Shown one piece after another: positions 9,252-18,842 of a stretch of 64,000 nucleotides of DNA. Source of the stretch: Bacteriovoracaceae bacterium (GTDB lineage Bacteria; Bdellovibrionota; Bacteriovoracia; Bacteriovoracales; Bacteriovoracaceae); assembly GCA_048270185.1 (NCBI GenBank), contig JBLWTJ010000002.1, positions 64,001 to 128,000 of the forward strand, in the 5' to 3' direction. Below the pieces are notes generated by a model. It searched no databases, was not told the DNA's origin, and saw nothing but the letters and a program-made list of their open reading frames with translations. Position numbers and translations under genes: made by a program. Each line of letters begins with the position of its first letter. The stretch's first letter is position 1.

Positions 9252-10713
9252 CGAGCTTCTTTGCGACCTTTTGAGAAAGCTTACTTGGCCTACAATTACT
9301 CTTGCCCTTATGCTGAACGACTTGAAAATCTCGATGAAAGTATTCTCTTCTAATCTCTATTGTCGAGCGCTCTCCTAATACCTCAAGGGATAAGATACGC
9401 GAACTTCCTGACTCAACTAAGCGATCATAACCATGCGTTCCCACACAGTGATCCATCTCCTTAGTCTCTTGTTCGAGATCAAACCTTGTTAGAAGCTCTC
9501 TTAACTCAACCTTCTCTAGGCTACTCACTGCAGACAAGTCCAGAGGCGTATTAAGCTTTGCATATCGACCTTTAAACTCTTCTGCTTCAATCAGAGACGC
9601 TAAGACATTGTACATCAAGTAAGGATTTATTCTCTGGGCCGGATACTGTTGGCATACATTCTTTAATGTCACAAAGAAGATATCTCCATATGTCTTTATC
9701 TGTTTCTTGAAAATAAAAAGGTCATTAACCAGTTCGTGAAAACATATTTCCGGGCGAGACAAGTAATTAGAAAATTCAAACCGTCCCATATAAGAGCTTA
9801 CAAAGTTTAACTTCTCTTTTGAAATGGCCTGTGGAAGAGTTTCTTGAAAACTATCAATACTATAATTTGATTTTTCAACGAGAAATGAAAAGACATCTGG
9901 ATAGGTCAAGAGATCGGCCATTCTTCTTACGAGTCCCTTAGGCTTTGAGTGATATAACTGCATACAAAAGTGCATAAGCCTTTTATCATCTTGGATGAGA
10001 GGATGAATCTGTCCTAATGGCATCTCTTCATTAACTTCACTAATGAGCTCGTTATACCCCGAAATACGCTCTTCACTTCGAACAATCATTCCCATAAAGC
10101 ACGAACCATAGGCTCCTTCAAAAGAGGCCATATAAGCTAAGGAGTTAATCTCATGCATGACATTCACATAGCACTCTTCTTCGCTCTTGGCCGACTTTAA
10201 GACATTAACTAAGGACTTATCAATATCCTCTTTTCTTTGAGGTGTCGCATAGACCTGCTTCTTCTTTTCAAAATCTGCAAATTCTGAGGTAGCTAGAAAT
10301 TGCCTCGAAAAAATATCGTAGGCAATTTGATGAGAGTTGATTGTTGCGCTCTTTATAATCTCATCGATTGGATTTCCCTTTGTCGAAAATGGCTTTATAA
10401 TCAAACCCTTTTGGCTATAAGACCTTAGAAAAACTGTTTCTTTACCGGCTCGATGAAGCTCACTTCGATACGTATGCTTATAAATCGTTAGGGTATCAGG
10501 AAGTGTTAACTCTCTTTTTAGAAATCCCTGATAGATCGTAAAAAGGTCTTCTCCTGTAATAAAAAAGCTAGAAGTTGGATTCTTCATTCGTAAGCGTTGA
10601 ATATCAAACTGGCCAGAGAAGATTCTAAGTAGCAGCTTCTCAAACGTCAGAGACTTTGATTGCAGCGTATTCTTTATGTAATTTAATTGTAGATGATCTA
10701 AAATCAGTCCCAT
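9226..10713 (-). CDS. PcfJ-domain protein
   Basis: C-terminal LEQETKEMDHCVG..Y..ILSL..STIEI..VVQHKGKSN. Confidence 0.8.
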   Translation of the reverse strand: MGLILDHLQLNYIKNTLQSKSLTFEKLLLRIFSGQFDIQRLRMKNPTSSFFITGEDLFTIYQGFLKRELTLPDTLTIYKHTYRSELHRAGKETVFLRSYSQKGLIIKPFSTKGNPIDEIIKSATINSHQIAYDIFSRQFLATSEFADFEKKKQVYATPQRKEDIDKSLVNVLKSAKSEEECYVNVMHEINSLAYMASFEGAYGSCFMGMIVRSEERISGYNELISEVNEEMPLGQIHPLIQDDKRLMHFCMQLYHSKPKGLVRRMADLLTYPDVFSFLVEKSNYSIDSFQETLPQAISKEKLNFVSSYMGRFEFSNYLSRPEICFHELVNDLFIFKKQIKTYGDIFFVTLKNVCQQYPAQRINPYLMYNVLASLIEAEEFKGRYAKLNTPLDLSAVSSLEKVELRELLTRFDLEQETKEMDHCVGTHGYDRLVESGSSRILSLEVLGERSTIEIRREYFHRDFQVVQHKGKSNCRPSKLSQKVAKKLVKQLSLAS

Positions 10714-10734
10714 GACTTACTCCCCCTCTAGCGA

Positions 10735-10767
10735 ATAATAGAGGAAGCACGTCTAGGATATTGAGAC
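10735..10767 (-). promoter_or_regulatory. Conserved promoter motif copy 2 (GTCTCA-N6-TAGAC-N10-TATTAT)
   Basis: Upstream of the PcfJ gene SD. Confidence 0.75.
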
Positions 10768-10769
10768 TT

Positions 10770-11255
10770 TTAAGCTTTACAGAGAATTGGCCAACCAAAC
10801 TCTGAGCGAACGACATTTTCTACGAATACTCTCAAGGCCTTACTATCATCACTAACGTCAATATAGCCTTCAAGCTTATCCTTGAGGCACTTTTCATAAA
10901 TGACAGCATATTCATAATTAACTTTATATCGACCTAACGCCAAGCAGGCCGTCCCCTTGTAGCCATTTTCAGAGAAGTGGGCATTAAGCCTATTCTTAAC
11001 ATTCTTTGCCATGCCAAAATAATGAAACTTCTTACTCTCAATATTCTTTAAGCCAGAATTAGCTTTAATGGTATTAGGGATATGCACATGCTTACTTGCC
11101 TTAAGAGGATTCTGTTTTATCTTATTAAGTCCTATAACTTTTATTAGATACCATCCAGGCTTACCTTTGATACTTTCGAAACCATCACTCTTCATTTTCT
11201 TGATAGCATCTTCAACTTCTTCACGAATTATTGATCTTACTGTATCGAGGCTCAT
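10770..11255 (-). CDS. GIY-YIG-like nuclease
   Basis: PGWYLI...HYFGMAKNVKNRLNAHF...E. Confidence 0.75.
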   Translation of the reverse strand: MSLDTVRSIIREEVEDAIKKMKSDGFESIKGKPGWYLIKVIGLNKIKQNPLKASKHVHIPNTIKANSGLKNIESKKFHYFGMAKNVKNRLNAHFSENGYKGTACLALGRYKVNYEYAVIYEKCLKDKLEGYIDVSDDSKALRVFVENVVRSEFGWPILCKA

Positions 11256-11429
11256 GTTATACTCCCTAGCTGTATTCTTAATAGCTTAACTCTTTAACCA
11301 CACAATTTATTGTCATAATTTTAGAGAACGCCACTATTAGTATATACCCAACAAGCTGTTTTTCCGTACAAAATATATTTCATTTAAAATCTTCCATCTT
11401 GACTGACATAAAAAGAGAGAGATTTAGAA

Positions 11430-12710
11430 ATGAAAGAATACACGCCAAAACACTTCTACACGATTTTTGATCCATTTTTAAAAGCCGAGTTATTCACAAA
11501 AGAAAATGAAAAGAACACTCAAGGCCATGAGTTTCAAAGGCAGCTCAAGGAGAAATACCAGAATATGAAAGATGGTGATAACTGCCTTCAGTATATGTAC
11601 TGGGGAAAGATCTCTGTCTCTCAAAAGGCTTCTAAATTGGGAACTGAGCTAAATGAGCTTGTTGAAAAAAACAGAAAGCATAATTTTACGACTCACCTAT
11701 TTATTAGTGACTTCAATCACCTCTGGGTCGCAAAGGTTGAAGAAGTATGCTTTGGTGACGATGAAGAGTTCTATGCAAATGCTTTGGACTTCTACCGAGA
11801 GTTTCAAGGTAAGGGGCAAATCGAAGCTTGGTTTAAGATCTCAGATATTGATCTCATTGGAAATAATGCTGAAGAAACTCATCAGTATATTTCTAGTCTT
11901 GAAACAATTATCAACTCGAATAAAGTTTATATCACTCCATACGTCAGTAACTTAAGATACCCTGTCATTGTCAAAGACTTCGCCTGTGTGGAACCAGTCC
12001 ACTTTGATACATCAAGGCCACTTGTACTGGAGAACTTAATCGAGAATGAATCCTTCTATGAGAAGATAAAAATGATCATTACAAAGTATAGTATTCCTAA
12101 AGAAGAGTTCGAAAAGCTTAAGCCAACAGTCCAAAAAGAAATCATTCGAACGGAAATGGACTTCTTTGATCAGAAGGCCAAGAATTGGAATAGTCTCTAC
12201 TTCTCATATTTTAAGGCCCTTGAGTGGCAGCTCAATCATGTGGTTCTAAACTTCCTTAAGTCAGAGTATAAAGATGGAGAAATTCAAGTTCTTAGAAAGA
12301 ATAATAATTGTGCGACTTTCTACTTTCCTGACAATCCAAATAATCAACCAGGAGATGAATGTATTCCACTAAATGAATACCATGGTAACTTCTCAATCAA
12401 GGTTATTATGAATTGTCTGTTTTCAGGAAGTAATAAGGTCGTCTCAAAGAAAGGTAACCGCCAAGTCTTCTCGGCCCTCCCTGGCCTCTATCAATATGTC
12501 TCAGAAGACTTAAAGAGTTTTCTCAATCTAAATAAAATCGTAGATACCAGAAATATCATTGTTCACAATGATTCATTAGAAGTTACTGAAGCCGACTTTA
12601 AAAAGATACGAAATGAGCTTCTAGGGATCGCAAAGACTGGGATTCTCGTGGAGCTTGCAAATTACACAACTAAGGAACAAAACAAAGCAAGACTCAAGGT
12701 TGCGGCTTAA
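11430..12710 (+). CDS. HP0729-like N-terminal domain with C-terminal HEPN-like motif
   Basis: YWGKI..LFISDFNHLWVAKV..IEAWFKISDI; RNIIVH (RxxxxH) near the C-terminus. Confidence 0.6.
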   Translation: MKEYTPKHFYTIFDPFLKAELFTKENEKNTQGHEFQRQLKEKYQNMKDGDNCLQYMYWGKISVSQKASKLGTELNELVEKNRKHNFTTHLFISDFNHLWVAKVEEVCFGDDEEFYANALDFYREFQGKGQIEAWFKISDIDLIGNNAEETHQYISSLETIINSNKVYITPYVSNLRYPVIVKDFACVEPVHFDTSRPLVLENLIENESFYEKIKMIITKYSIPKEEFEKLKPTVQKEIIRTEMDFFDQKAKNWNSLYFSYFKALEWQLNHVVLNFLKSEYKDGEIQVLRKNNNCATFYFPDNPNNQPGDECIPLNEYHGNFSIKVIMNCLFSGSNKVVSKKGNRQVFSALPGLYQYVSEDLKSFLNLNKIVDTRNIIVHNDSLEVTEADFKKIRNELLGIAKTGILVELANYTTKEQNKARLKVAA

Positions 12711-12816
12711 ATATCTGTAATCACAAAAGAGACAGAGGTTTGTGCTCAAGTAATTTCGCTTATGGCCCGAAAAGTAAAGATAGCTTGAAAAGTAATAAGA
12801 AAATAGGAAAGGATAT

Positions 12817-14544
12817 ATGCCATTACATATCTTAAAAACTTCTCCAAAGCTTGGAGAGAAGAAAGTACTTAAGCATATTGAAGAATTATATAAAGATGTT
12901 GAGCGCGATGTTTATGTCATCAGTGATAATCTTCTAAGTATTGATGAAGGTGTTTCTTTTAAGCCAGACTTTATCATTCTTGATCCAACTTACGGAATTT
13001 CAATTATTGAAGTAAAGAGCTACAAAGAAGATAGTATCGACAAGCTCGATAATTTTACCATCACATTCACTAATGGTGATACCGACTTATCCCCTTTCAA
13101 AAAGTGTCAGGACTATCGCTTTAAATTATCAGACTATTTAAATGCCAATGAACTAGATATTTCCATGAAGAAGATTAAAACACTTCTCGTCTTCACAAAT
13201 ATCAAAGAAGACCTATTTAGAGAATATGACTATGTGGAGTCTCACTATAAGAACTTTCAAGAAACTTTAAATCTTGAAACTCTATTTCCACAAACACCTA
13301 TTCAAAAGAAGAAGATAAACGATATCTACATGGCCATGAATCCAGTTATGTACTTTAATATTGAAACACAGGACACCGCCAGTTCATCATTTGATAAATT
13401 AGATGAAGACCAGCTCGACTTTGTAAAAAAGCCAATTGGTGGCCACTACCTAATCTCAGGAATTCCAGGAAGTGGTAAATCCGTCGCTGTTGTCTCTCGT
13501 GCAATCTATATCGCCAATGAGAAGCCTGATTGGAAAATCCTCGTCCTTTCTGAAAATAAGTTTTTAAAAGAGAAGAATGAGAAGGCCATTAGAGAGCGCA
13601 CAAAGAATTTTAATAAGCTTGGAAACGATACTGAGAATAATATCGTCTGCATGACCTTAATGAAGCTTCTCACAGACACTTCACCAGAAGAAGCTGACAA
13701 GTTTATGAAGTATCCTGACAAGGTCGACTTTCTAACCAATGCCATTCTTGATTCTGAAATTGTCGCGAAGTATGACGCCGTCTTAATCGATGAGTACCAA
13801 GACTTCTCAGATGATCATATACGCATTGCAAAGCTTGTCACTAAGAAGAAATCAACAATTATTAATAATGAAGAAAGGCTCATTGAAAATATCTTTCTAT
13901 CTGGAGACCGATTACAAAAGGTTAAAGAAAAAGGCAGTTCAGGAAATTGGATTGATATTGGTATTGAAATTTCAGGGCGCAGTAAGAAGCTAAAAGGAAG
14001 CTATCGCTGTGGACGAGAGATTATCGACATCGCCTTAAGCTTTTTAAAGTCTGCCGGAAAAGTCGTAAAAGACGAAGTTGAATCCTACTACGAAGGAACT
14101 GATACTATTGAGTATCTTGGAGACTTAACAGGAAGCTTCTCGACCTTCACAGGTTGGGATGATCTTGGAGTTGCAAAGATTCACAATTGGGTCAATGCAC
14201 TAACCTCAAAAGGTGTTCCTCCATCTGATATCTTAATTATCACACCTAATAATACAACCTTGGTTAATAAACTTAAGAAAGCATTTCACAATGAAGTCTC
14301 AGAAGGCCTACTCATTGGAATGCCAAGTAATATCAAAGGCCTTGAAGCAGGTCACTGCGCTATCTATAACTTTGATAGCATTGGTTACCATTCATCTTCA
14401 CAGTCAAATAAGTATAAGCAAATCTACATGTGCTTAACGAGGGCCAGATCAAGTATCTTCATCAACTGCTGGAAGGCCGGCAATGAAGACTTTGAGAAGC
14501 TTGAAGAAATTATCGCATCAAAGACAGATTTTGAAGCGGCTTAG
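12817..14544 (+). CDS. NERD nuclease + SF1 (UvrD-like) helicase fusion
   Basis: PDFIILDP..IIEVKS; Walker A GIPGSGKS; DEYQDF; KGLE; YMCLTRAR. Confidence 0.92.
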   Translation: MPLHILKTSPKLGEKKVLKHIEELYKDVERDVYVISDNLLSIDEGVSFKPDFIILDPTYGISIIEVKSYKEDSIDKLDNFTITFTNGDTDLSPFKKCQDYRFKLSDYLNANELDISMKKIKTLLVFTNIKEDLFREYDYVESHYKNFQETLNLETLFPQTPIQKKKINDIYMAMNPVMYFNIETQDTASSSFDKLDEDQLDFVKKPIGGHYLISGIPGSGKSVAVVSRAIYIANEKPDWKILVLSENKFLKEKNEKAIRERTKNFNKLGNDTENNIVCMTLMKLLTDTSPEEADKFMKYPDKVDFLTNAILDSEIVAKYDAVLIDEYQDFSDDHIRIAKLVTKKKSTIINNEERLIENIFLSGDRLQKVKEKGSSGNWIDIGIEISGRSKKLKGSYRCGREIIDIALSFLKSAGKVVKDEVESYYEGTDTIEYLGDLTGSFSTFTGWDDLGVAKIHNWVNALTSKGVPPSDILIITPNNTTLVNKLKKAFHNEVSEGLLIGMPSNIKGLEAGHCAIYNFDSIGYHSSSQSNKYKQIYMCLTRARSSIFINCWKAGNEDFEKLEEIIASKTDFEAA

Positions 14545-14560
14545 TAACTAGTTTAGAAGT

Positions 14561-15166
14561 TTAGACAAAGTACTTCTTATAGTGCTCTAGACGGTAGTCA
14601 TAAGTTGGCTTCTTCCCTGTATATGAAAGTTTCCAATTCTTATACTCTGCATTTCGCCCAATGCCTCGCGAAGCCTGCCCAGACGGTGAAATCAAAACAA
14701 CTTCAACAACCTGTCCGACTACATTCGGCTTAATATTTTCACAAAACCAATCTCTTACCTGCTGTGAAGTAAAATAGATTTTTTCGATTTTATTCTCATT
14801 AATAATATTCGCAAGTCCGTGATTCCAAGTTTGCTCATGAAGATCTGCATCTGATGCACTCCCCTTGTGACGCTGGCATGAGTGAATAACATCAGAGATA
14901 CCGATATTTCGTGCACTCAACTCTTCCTTAATCGCTTCCTTACTTGTAAGCTTTCGTCCGAAGCAATCCCCTAATAATCGCCAAAGAAGATTCTGATTTC
15001 CACCATAGTAGAAGTTAACCTCACCTTCATTGATCTCATCACTTCTTTCAGGATTCGTGAACTTTCCAATGGGAAATGATCCGACAATAAGCTTACGACA
15101 TCCTTCTGGAATATAGTCGCCAAATGGATGAACCTCTACTGGCCCTAAATCTAGTTTCTTACTCAT
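14561..15166 (-). CDS. Uracil-DNA-glycosylase superfamily protein (family 6 / hypoxanthine glycosylase-like)
   Basis: HPF, LIVGSFP, NFYYG..NLLW, GISDVI, LISPS. Confidence 0.8.
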   Translation of the reverse strand: MSKKLDLGPVEVHPFGDYIPEGCRKLIVGSFPIGKFTNPERSDEINEGEVNFYYGGNQNLLWRLLGDCFGRKLTSKEAIKEELSARNIGISDVIHSCQRHKGSASDADLHEQTWNHGLANIINENKIEKIYFTSQQVRDWFCENIKPNVVGQVVEVVLISPSGQASRGIGRNAEYKNWKLSYTGKKPTYDYRLEHYKKYFV

Positions 15167-15190
15167 TCATTCCTCCGAAAACTATCACTA

Positions 15191-15376
15191 TTATAACTTA
15201 AATATATCAAATGATACTAATCGATAGATTTTATTATAGATAAACCTCTTAGGTGACCTAAGCCATCCCCATCCCCTTGGCATCTTAATTCCAAGGCCAT
15301 GAACTGCCCTTCTCCTAATGGATGTCCTAGCTGATATCCTCTTTTTCAATGAAAACTTTCTTGCGCCAAACTTCAT
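15191..15376 (-). CDS. Small basic protein resembling prophage/island-associated MKFG.RK.S.KK family
   Basis: GGAG SD; MKFGARKFSLKKRISARTS..GWGWLRSPKRFIYNKIY. Confidence 0.7.
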   Translation of the reverse strand: MKFGARKFSLKKRISARTSIRRRAVHGLGIKMPRGWGWLRSPKRFIYNKIYRLVSFDIFKL

Positions 15377-15396
15377 GAGTGATCTCCCTTTTTTAG

Positions 15397-15429
15397 AGTA
15401 TAGACAATGGAGGTCTCGGATTGTGAGAC
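15397..15429 (-). promoter_or_regulatory. Conserved promoter motif copy 3 (GTCTCA-N6-GAGAC-N10-TATACT)
   Basis: Most palindromic copy, upstream of the small basic gene. Confidence 0.75.
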
Positions 15430-15495
15430 AAAAGTCATGCATAATACAATAACTAAACACTAAATAAAACACCCTTATTAACCGATAGGATTGCT

Positions 15496-17493
15496 ATGAA
15501 GTATTTAACAAAGTCTAAGTTCAAGCTAGGTCTCGAATGTCCTACAAAGCTCTACTATAACGAAGATAAAGAGTACGCTAACGCCAATCTAGATGACCCA
15601 TTTCTTGCGGCTTTAGCAAAGGGAGGCTTTCAAGTTGGAGAACTTGCAAAGTGTTACTATCCTGAAGGTTTTGATATCGTTGAGTTAGACTATGAAACTT
15701 CAACATCTAAAACGAGCAAACTCATGGAAGCTCAAGATGTCACAATCTTTGAAGCAGCAATCCAATACAAGAACCTCTTTGTAAGAGTTGATATTTTAGA
15801 AAAGGTTGGAAATACCATCAACCTGATCGAAGTAAAATCAAAATCAGTTGACCCTGGTCAATTTGAAGACCAGCTCTGGAGTAAAACTGCGGCGAAAAAG
15901 GGAGAGCAAAAGCTTCTCTCAACATGGAAGTCCTATATTTATGACGTGGCCTTCCAAGCCTATGTCTTAAAAAAGGCCTTCCCAAATATGACGATCAATA
16001 GCCATCTCATGTGCGCAGACAAATCAACGATTGCCACAGTCGATGGCCTCAATCAGAAGTTTGTTCTTAAAGAAGAAAATGGACGAAGCTACGCTGAGGT
16101 CAATGGCGACATCAGTCCAGACGCCCTTGGCGAAGAGATCCTTTGTAAAATCCCTCTTAACGAGGTCGTTGAAATTATTCATAGTGAAAATGAGATGAGT
16201 GAACGCTTCAACGGACTTGGGTTTGAAGCAGCAATTTGGCAATTTGCTGACTCCCTTACTCAAGGAGAGAAGATTGAATCAGTGGTTTCTTCAAAGTGCA
16301 AGAATTGTGAATTTAGAGCAAGTGAAGAAGGCAAGAAATCAGGGTTTAATGAATGTTGGTCCCTCGCTCATGGCCTCTCACAAGAAGAACTCGAACAGCC
16401 TCTTGTCTTTGATGTTTGGAATTTTCGAGGTGGAGACAAAGCGCTTGAAAGTGGCAAAGTCCTACTTGAAGACCTCGATGCTACCGATATAAAAACAAAC
16501 CCAAGAAAAGACGGTATCGGACTCTCAAATGGAGAGCGCCAGCTTCTGCAAGTCGAGAAAGTTAAAGACCATGATGACACATCCTTTATTGATATCGAAG
16601 GACTTGCATTAGAAATGAACACATGGAACTACCCTCTTCATATGATCGATTTTGAAACATGTATGGTGGCAATTCCCTTTAATAAAGGACAGGCACCGTA
16701 TGAGCAAATTGCCTTTCAATTCAGTCATCATATCATTCATGAAGATGGTAAGATCGAACATGCAAATGAGTATATCAATGCAACTCAAGGCTTCCACCCA
16801 AACTTTGAGTTTGTCAGACGTCTAAGAGATGCCCTTGGCGACAAAGGTTCGATCTTTCGCTACTCAAACCATGAGAACACAGTACTCTGCCAAATTAGAC
16901 AGCAACTTCTTGATTCTGAGGAAAGCGATGCTGATGAGTTAATCAAATTCATCGAAACAATAACAAATAAGAAATCTGGAAAAGAATATGCCTGGAAGGG
17001 AGATCGCGACATGATTGACCTTTGTGAGATGGTTAAGAAGTACTACTACTCACCACTTACCAATGGCTCTAATTCAATCAAGTACGTACTACCTGCAATC
17101 CTAAATGAATCCAACTTCATTCAAGAAAAGTATTCTAAGCCAATCTACGGTAAAGGCCATGAGATCGAATCTAAGAATTTTGACTCGCATACTTGGATCT
17201 CACTAGACGAGAGCGGCGATGTCATTAACCCATATAAGACACTTCCACCAGTATTTGATAATTATGACTACGATGAACTTGAATTAGTTGGTGAGAATGA
17301 TATTGCAAATGGTGGAGCGGCCCTTACAGCATATGCCATGATGCAATTCACTCATATGTCAGATATCGAGCGAGAGAAAGTAAAGTCAGCGCTTCTTCGC
17401 TATTGTGAATTAGATACCCTCGCGATGGTTATGATTTGGGAGCATTGGAATCATTTAATTACGGAGTCTCAAACAGAGAGAGAGGCATCATAA
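15496..17493 (+). CDS. DUF2779-domain protein (RecB-like PD-(D/E)XK plus RNase H-like nuclease)
   Basis: LTKSKF..CP.KLY, RVDIL..LIEVKS, IDFET, FQFSHH, GSNSIKYVLP, YCELDT. Confidence 0.88.
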   Translation: MKYLTKSKFKLGLECPTKLYYNEDKEYANANLDDPFLAALAKGGFQVGELAKCYYPEGFDIVELDYETSTSKTSKLMEAQDVTIFEAAIQYKNLFVRVDILEKVGNTINLIEVKSKSVDPGQFEDQLWSKTAAKKGEQKLLSTWKSYIYDVAFQAYVLKKAFPNMTINSHLMCADKSTIATVDGLNQKFVLKEENGRSYAEVNGDISPDALGEEILCKIPLNEVVEIIHSENEMSERFNGLGFEAAIWQFADSLTQGEKIESVVSSKCKNCEFRASEEGKKSGFNECWSLAHGLSQEELEQPLVFDVWNFRGGDKALESGKVLLEDLDATDIKTNPRKDGIGLSNGERQLLQVEKVKDHDDTSFIDIEGLALEMNTWNYPLHMIDFETCMVAIPFNKGQAPYEQIAFQFSHHIIHEDGKIEHANEYINATQGFHPNFEFVRRLRDALGDKGSIFRYSNHENTVLCQIRQQLLDSEESDADELIKFIETITNKKSGKEYAWKGDRDMIDLCEMVKKYYYSPLTNGSNSIKYVLPAILNESNFIQEKYSKPIYGKGHEIESKNFDSHTWISLDESGDVINPYKTLPPVFDNYDYDELELVGENDIANGGAALTAYAMMQFTHMSDIEREKVKSALLRYCELDTLAMVMIWEHWNHLITESQTEREAS

Positions 17494-17531
17494 GATAAGA
17501 ATGAAGAAGTCTCTAAAAAAGGTAAACTGCT

Positions 17532-18806
17532 TTAAGCTGCAATTGAATTACTTTTGATGACCTTCTCTACACTAACAGAATCTATTTTATCGATTAACCT
17601 CAGAAAATCGGTATACTTGTGTATTAACTCTAGAGTCTCATAAAGATTTTCCATCGTTTTTGGAGATGCAAGTCGTCGTTTATTTCCTAGATAGCTCTTT
17701 GGATCACTAAGTATTCCACGGTATACATTCAAGGCCATCACTTCAAGAAAATTTATAATTTGGTCTCTTGGAATTTTTGAAGGAACGAGAATTCGCTTAA
17801 AGCTTCTCTTTCCATGATATTCATCTTCGATAATGAATGATAAATCACTATCAAGCTTGAGCTTCAGTTTCTTAGCATGGTGCCTAGGAGGAGTAATTAT
17901 TAAAGTTTTACTTCTTAAGGATTCTCTCGATTTTGGGTGTAAAGTCCATTGTCCTGGTACATCATCACTTTTTAAACGATTGAGGGACTCTGTGAAGCAC
18001 TCACCGAAACTCCAAAGAATATCTAACTTTGCCTCATGAATAATATCATTATTACTACCATTCTTATCAAGGCGTATATTATTGAGAGCATTTAAAAACT
18101 CTAAGACATTTATTAAATTCTTTACTCGTTTATTCTTAGTAGGATTTTTAAGATTTAATGAGTGTAGTATTTCAAGAATATCCTTAGTCCAAGACAATTG
18201 AACCCAATACTTTGCTTCAATTCCATCCTTGCCTGAATCGTGTGCTTTAGGAGGAACACCAAGCAAAGTTAAATAAACATACTCCTGGTACTTCTCACGA
18301 TAAAATACTTCATTAAAATATTTACGATAATAATATAATTGATCTTTGTGATTATGAGTAAATAGTTTATTTTCTACGACGAGTGTAAAACTATCCTTCT
18401 TATCTAAGTCTAGAAGGACTATATCGCACTGTCCATACTTATCCTTTGAATTGACGGCCCCCAATGGAAACTCTCTTATGACACCTGCATTAGTAATCCC
18501 GCGCGCTAGATCACTAACTGACTTTCGAGATGAATTTGTACGATGCTTTCTTAAAACTAACTTATTCTTCTTAGACTTTAGTCCGTTAGCTTCCTCAGCT
18601 CTATTCGCTGCAATTTTAGTAATAAACTTTTTTGGGAAGGAACTACCAAAATAGCTCTTTTCTCTCGAATCCAGTAAGGCCGCAAACATATTCGAAAACC
18701 ACTCTTCACTCATTGAAAAGTGAATCAAGTCCTGCCAATCTTTGTGATCTTTAGAAATTTTATCAAAAATAGCTTTTAACTTACTGAGATTACGTTGAGT
18801 CGTCAT
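17532..18806 (-). CDS. PD-(D/E)XK nuclease family protein
   Basis: VIREF..CDIVLLD..LVVENK..DQLYYY..YVYLT. Confidence 0.85.
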   Translation of the reverse strand: MTTQRNLSKLKAIFDKISKDHKDWQDLIHFSMSEEWFSNMFAALLDSREKSYFGSSFPKKFITKIAANRAEEANGLKSKKNKLVLRKHRTNSSRKSVSDLARGITNAGVIREFPLGAVNSKDKYGQCDIVLLDLDKKDSFTLVVENKLFTHNHKDQLYYYRKYFNEVFYREKYQEYVYLTLLGVPPKAHDSGKDGIEAKYWVQLSWTKDILEILHSLNLKNPTKNKRVKNLINVLEFLNALNNIRLDKNGSNNDIIHEAKLDILWSFGECFTESLNRLKSDDVPGQWTLHPKSRESLRSKTLIITPPRHHAKKLKLKLDSDLSFIIEDEYHGKRSFKRILVPSKIPRDQIINFLEVMALNVYRGILSDPKSYLGNKRRLASPKTMENLYETLELIHKYTDFLRLIDKIDSVSVEKVIKSNSIAA

Positions 18807-18842
18807 ACCTCCTTATCGGTATGACTAAATAAAAGTTAAGTG

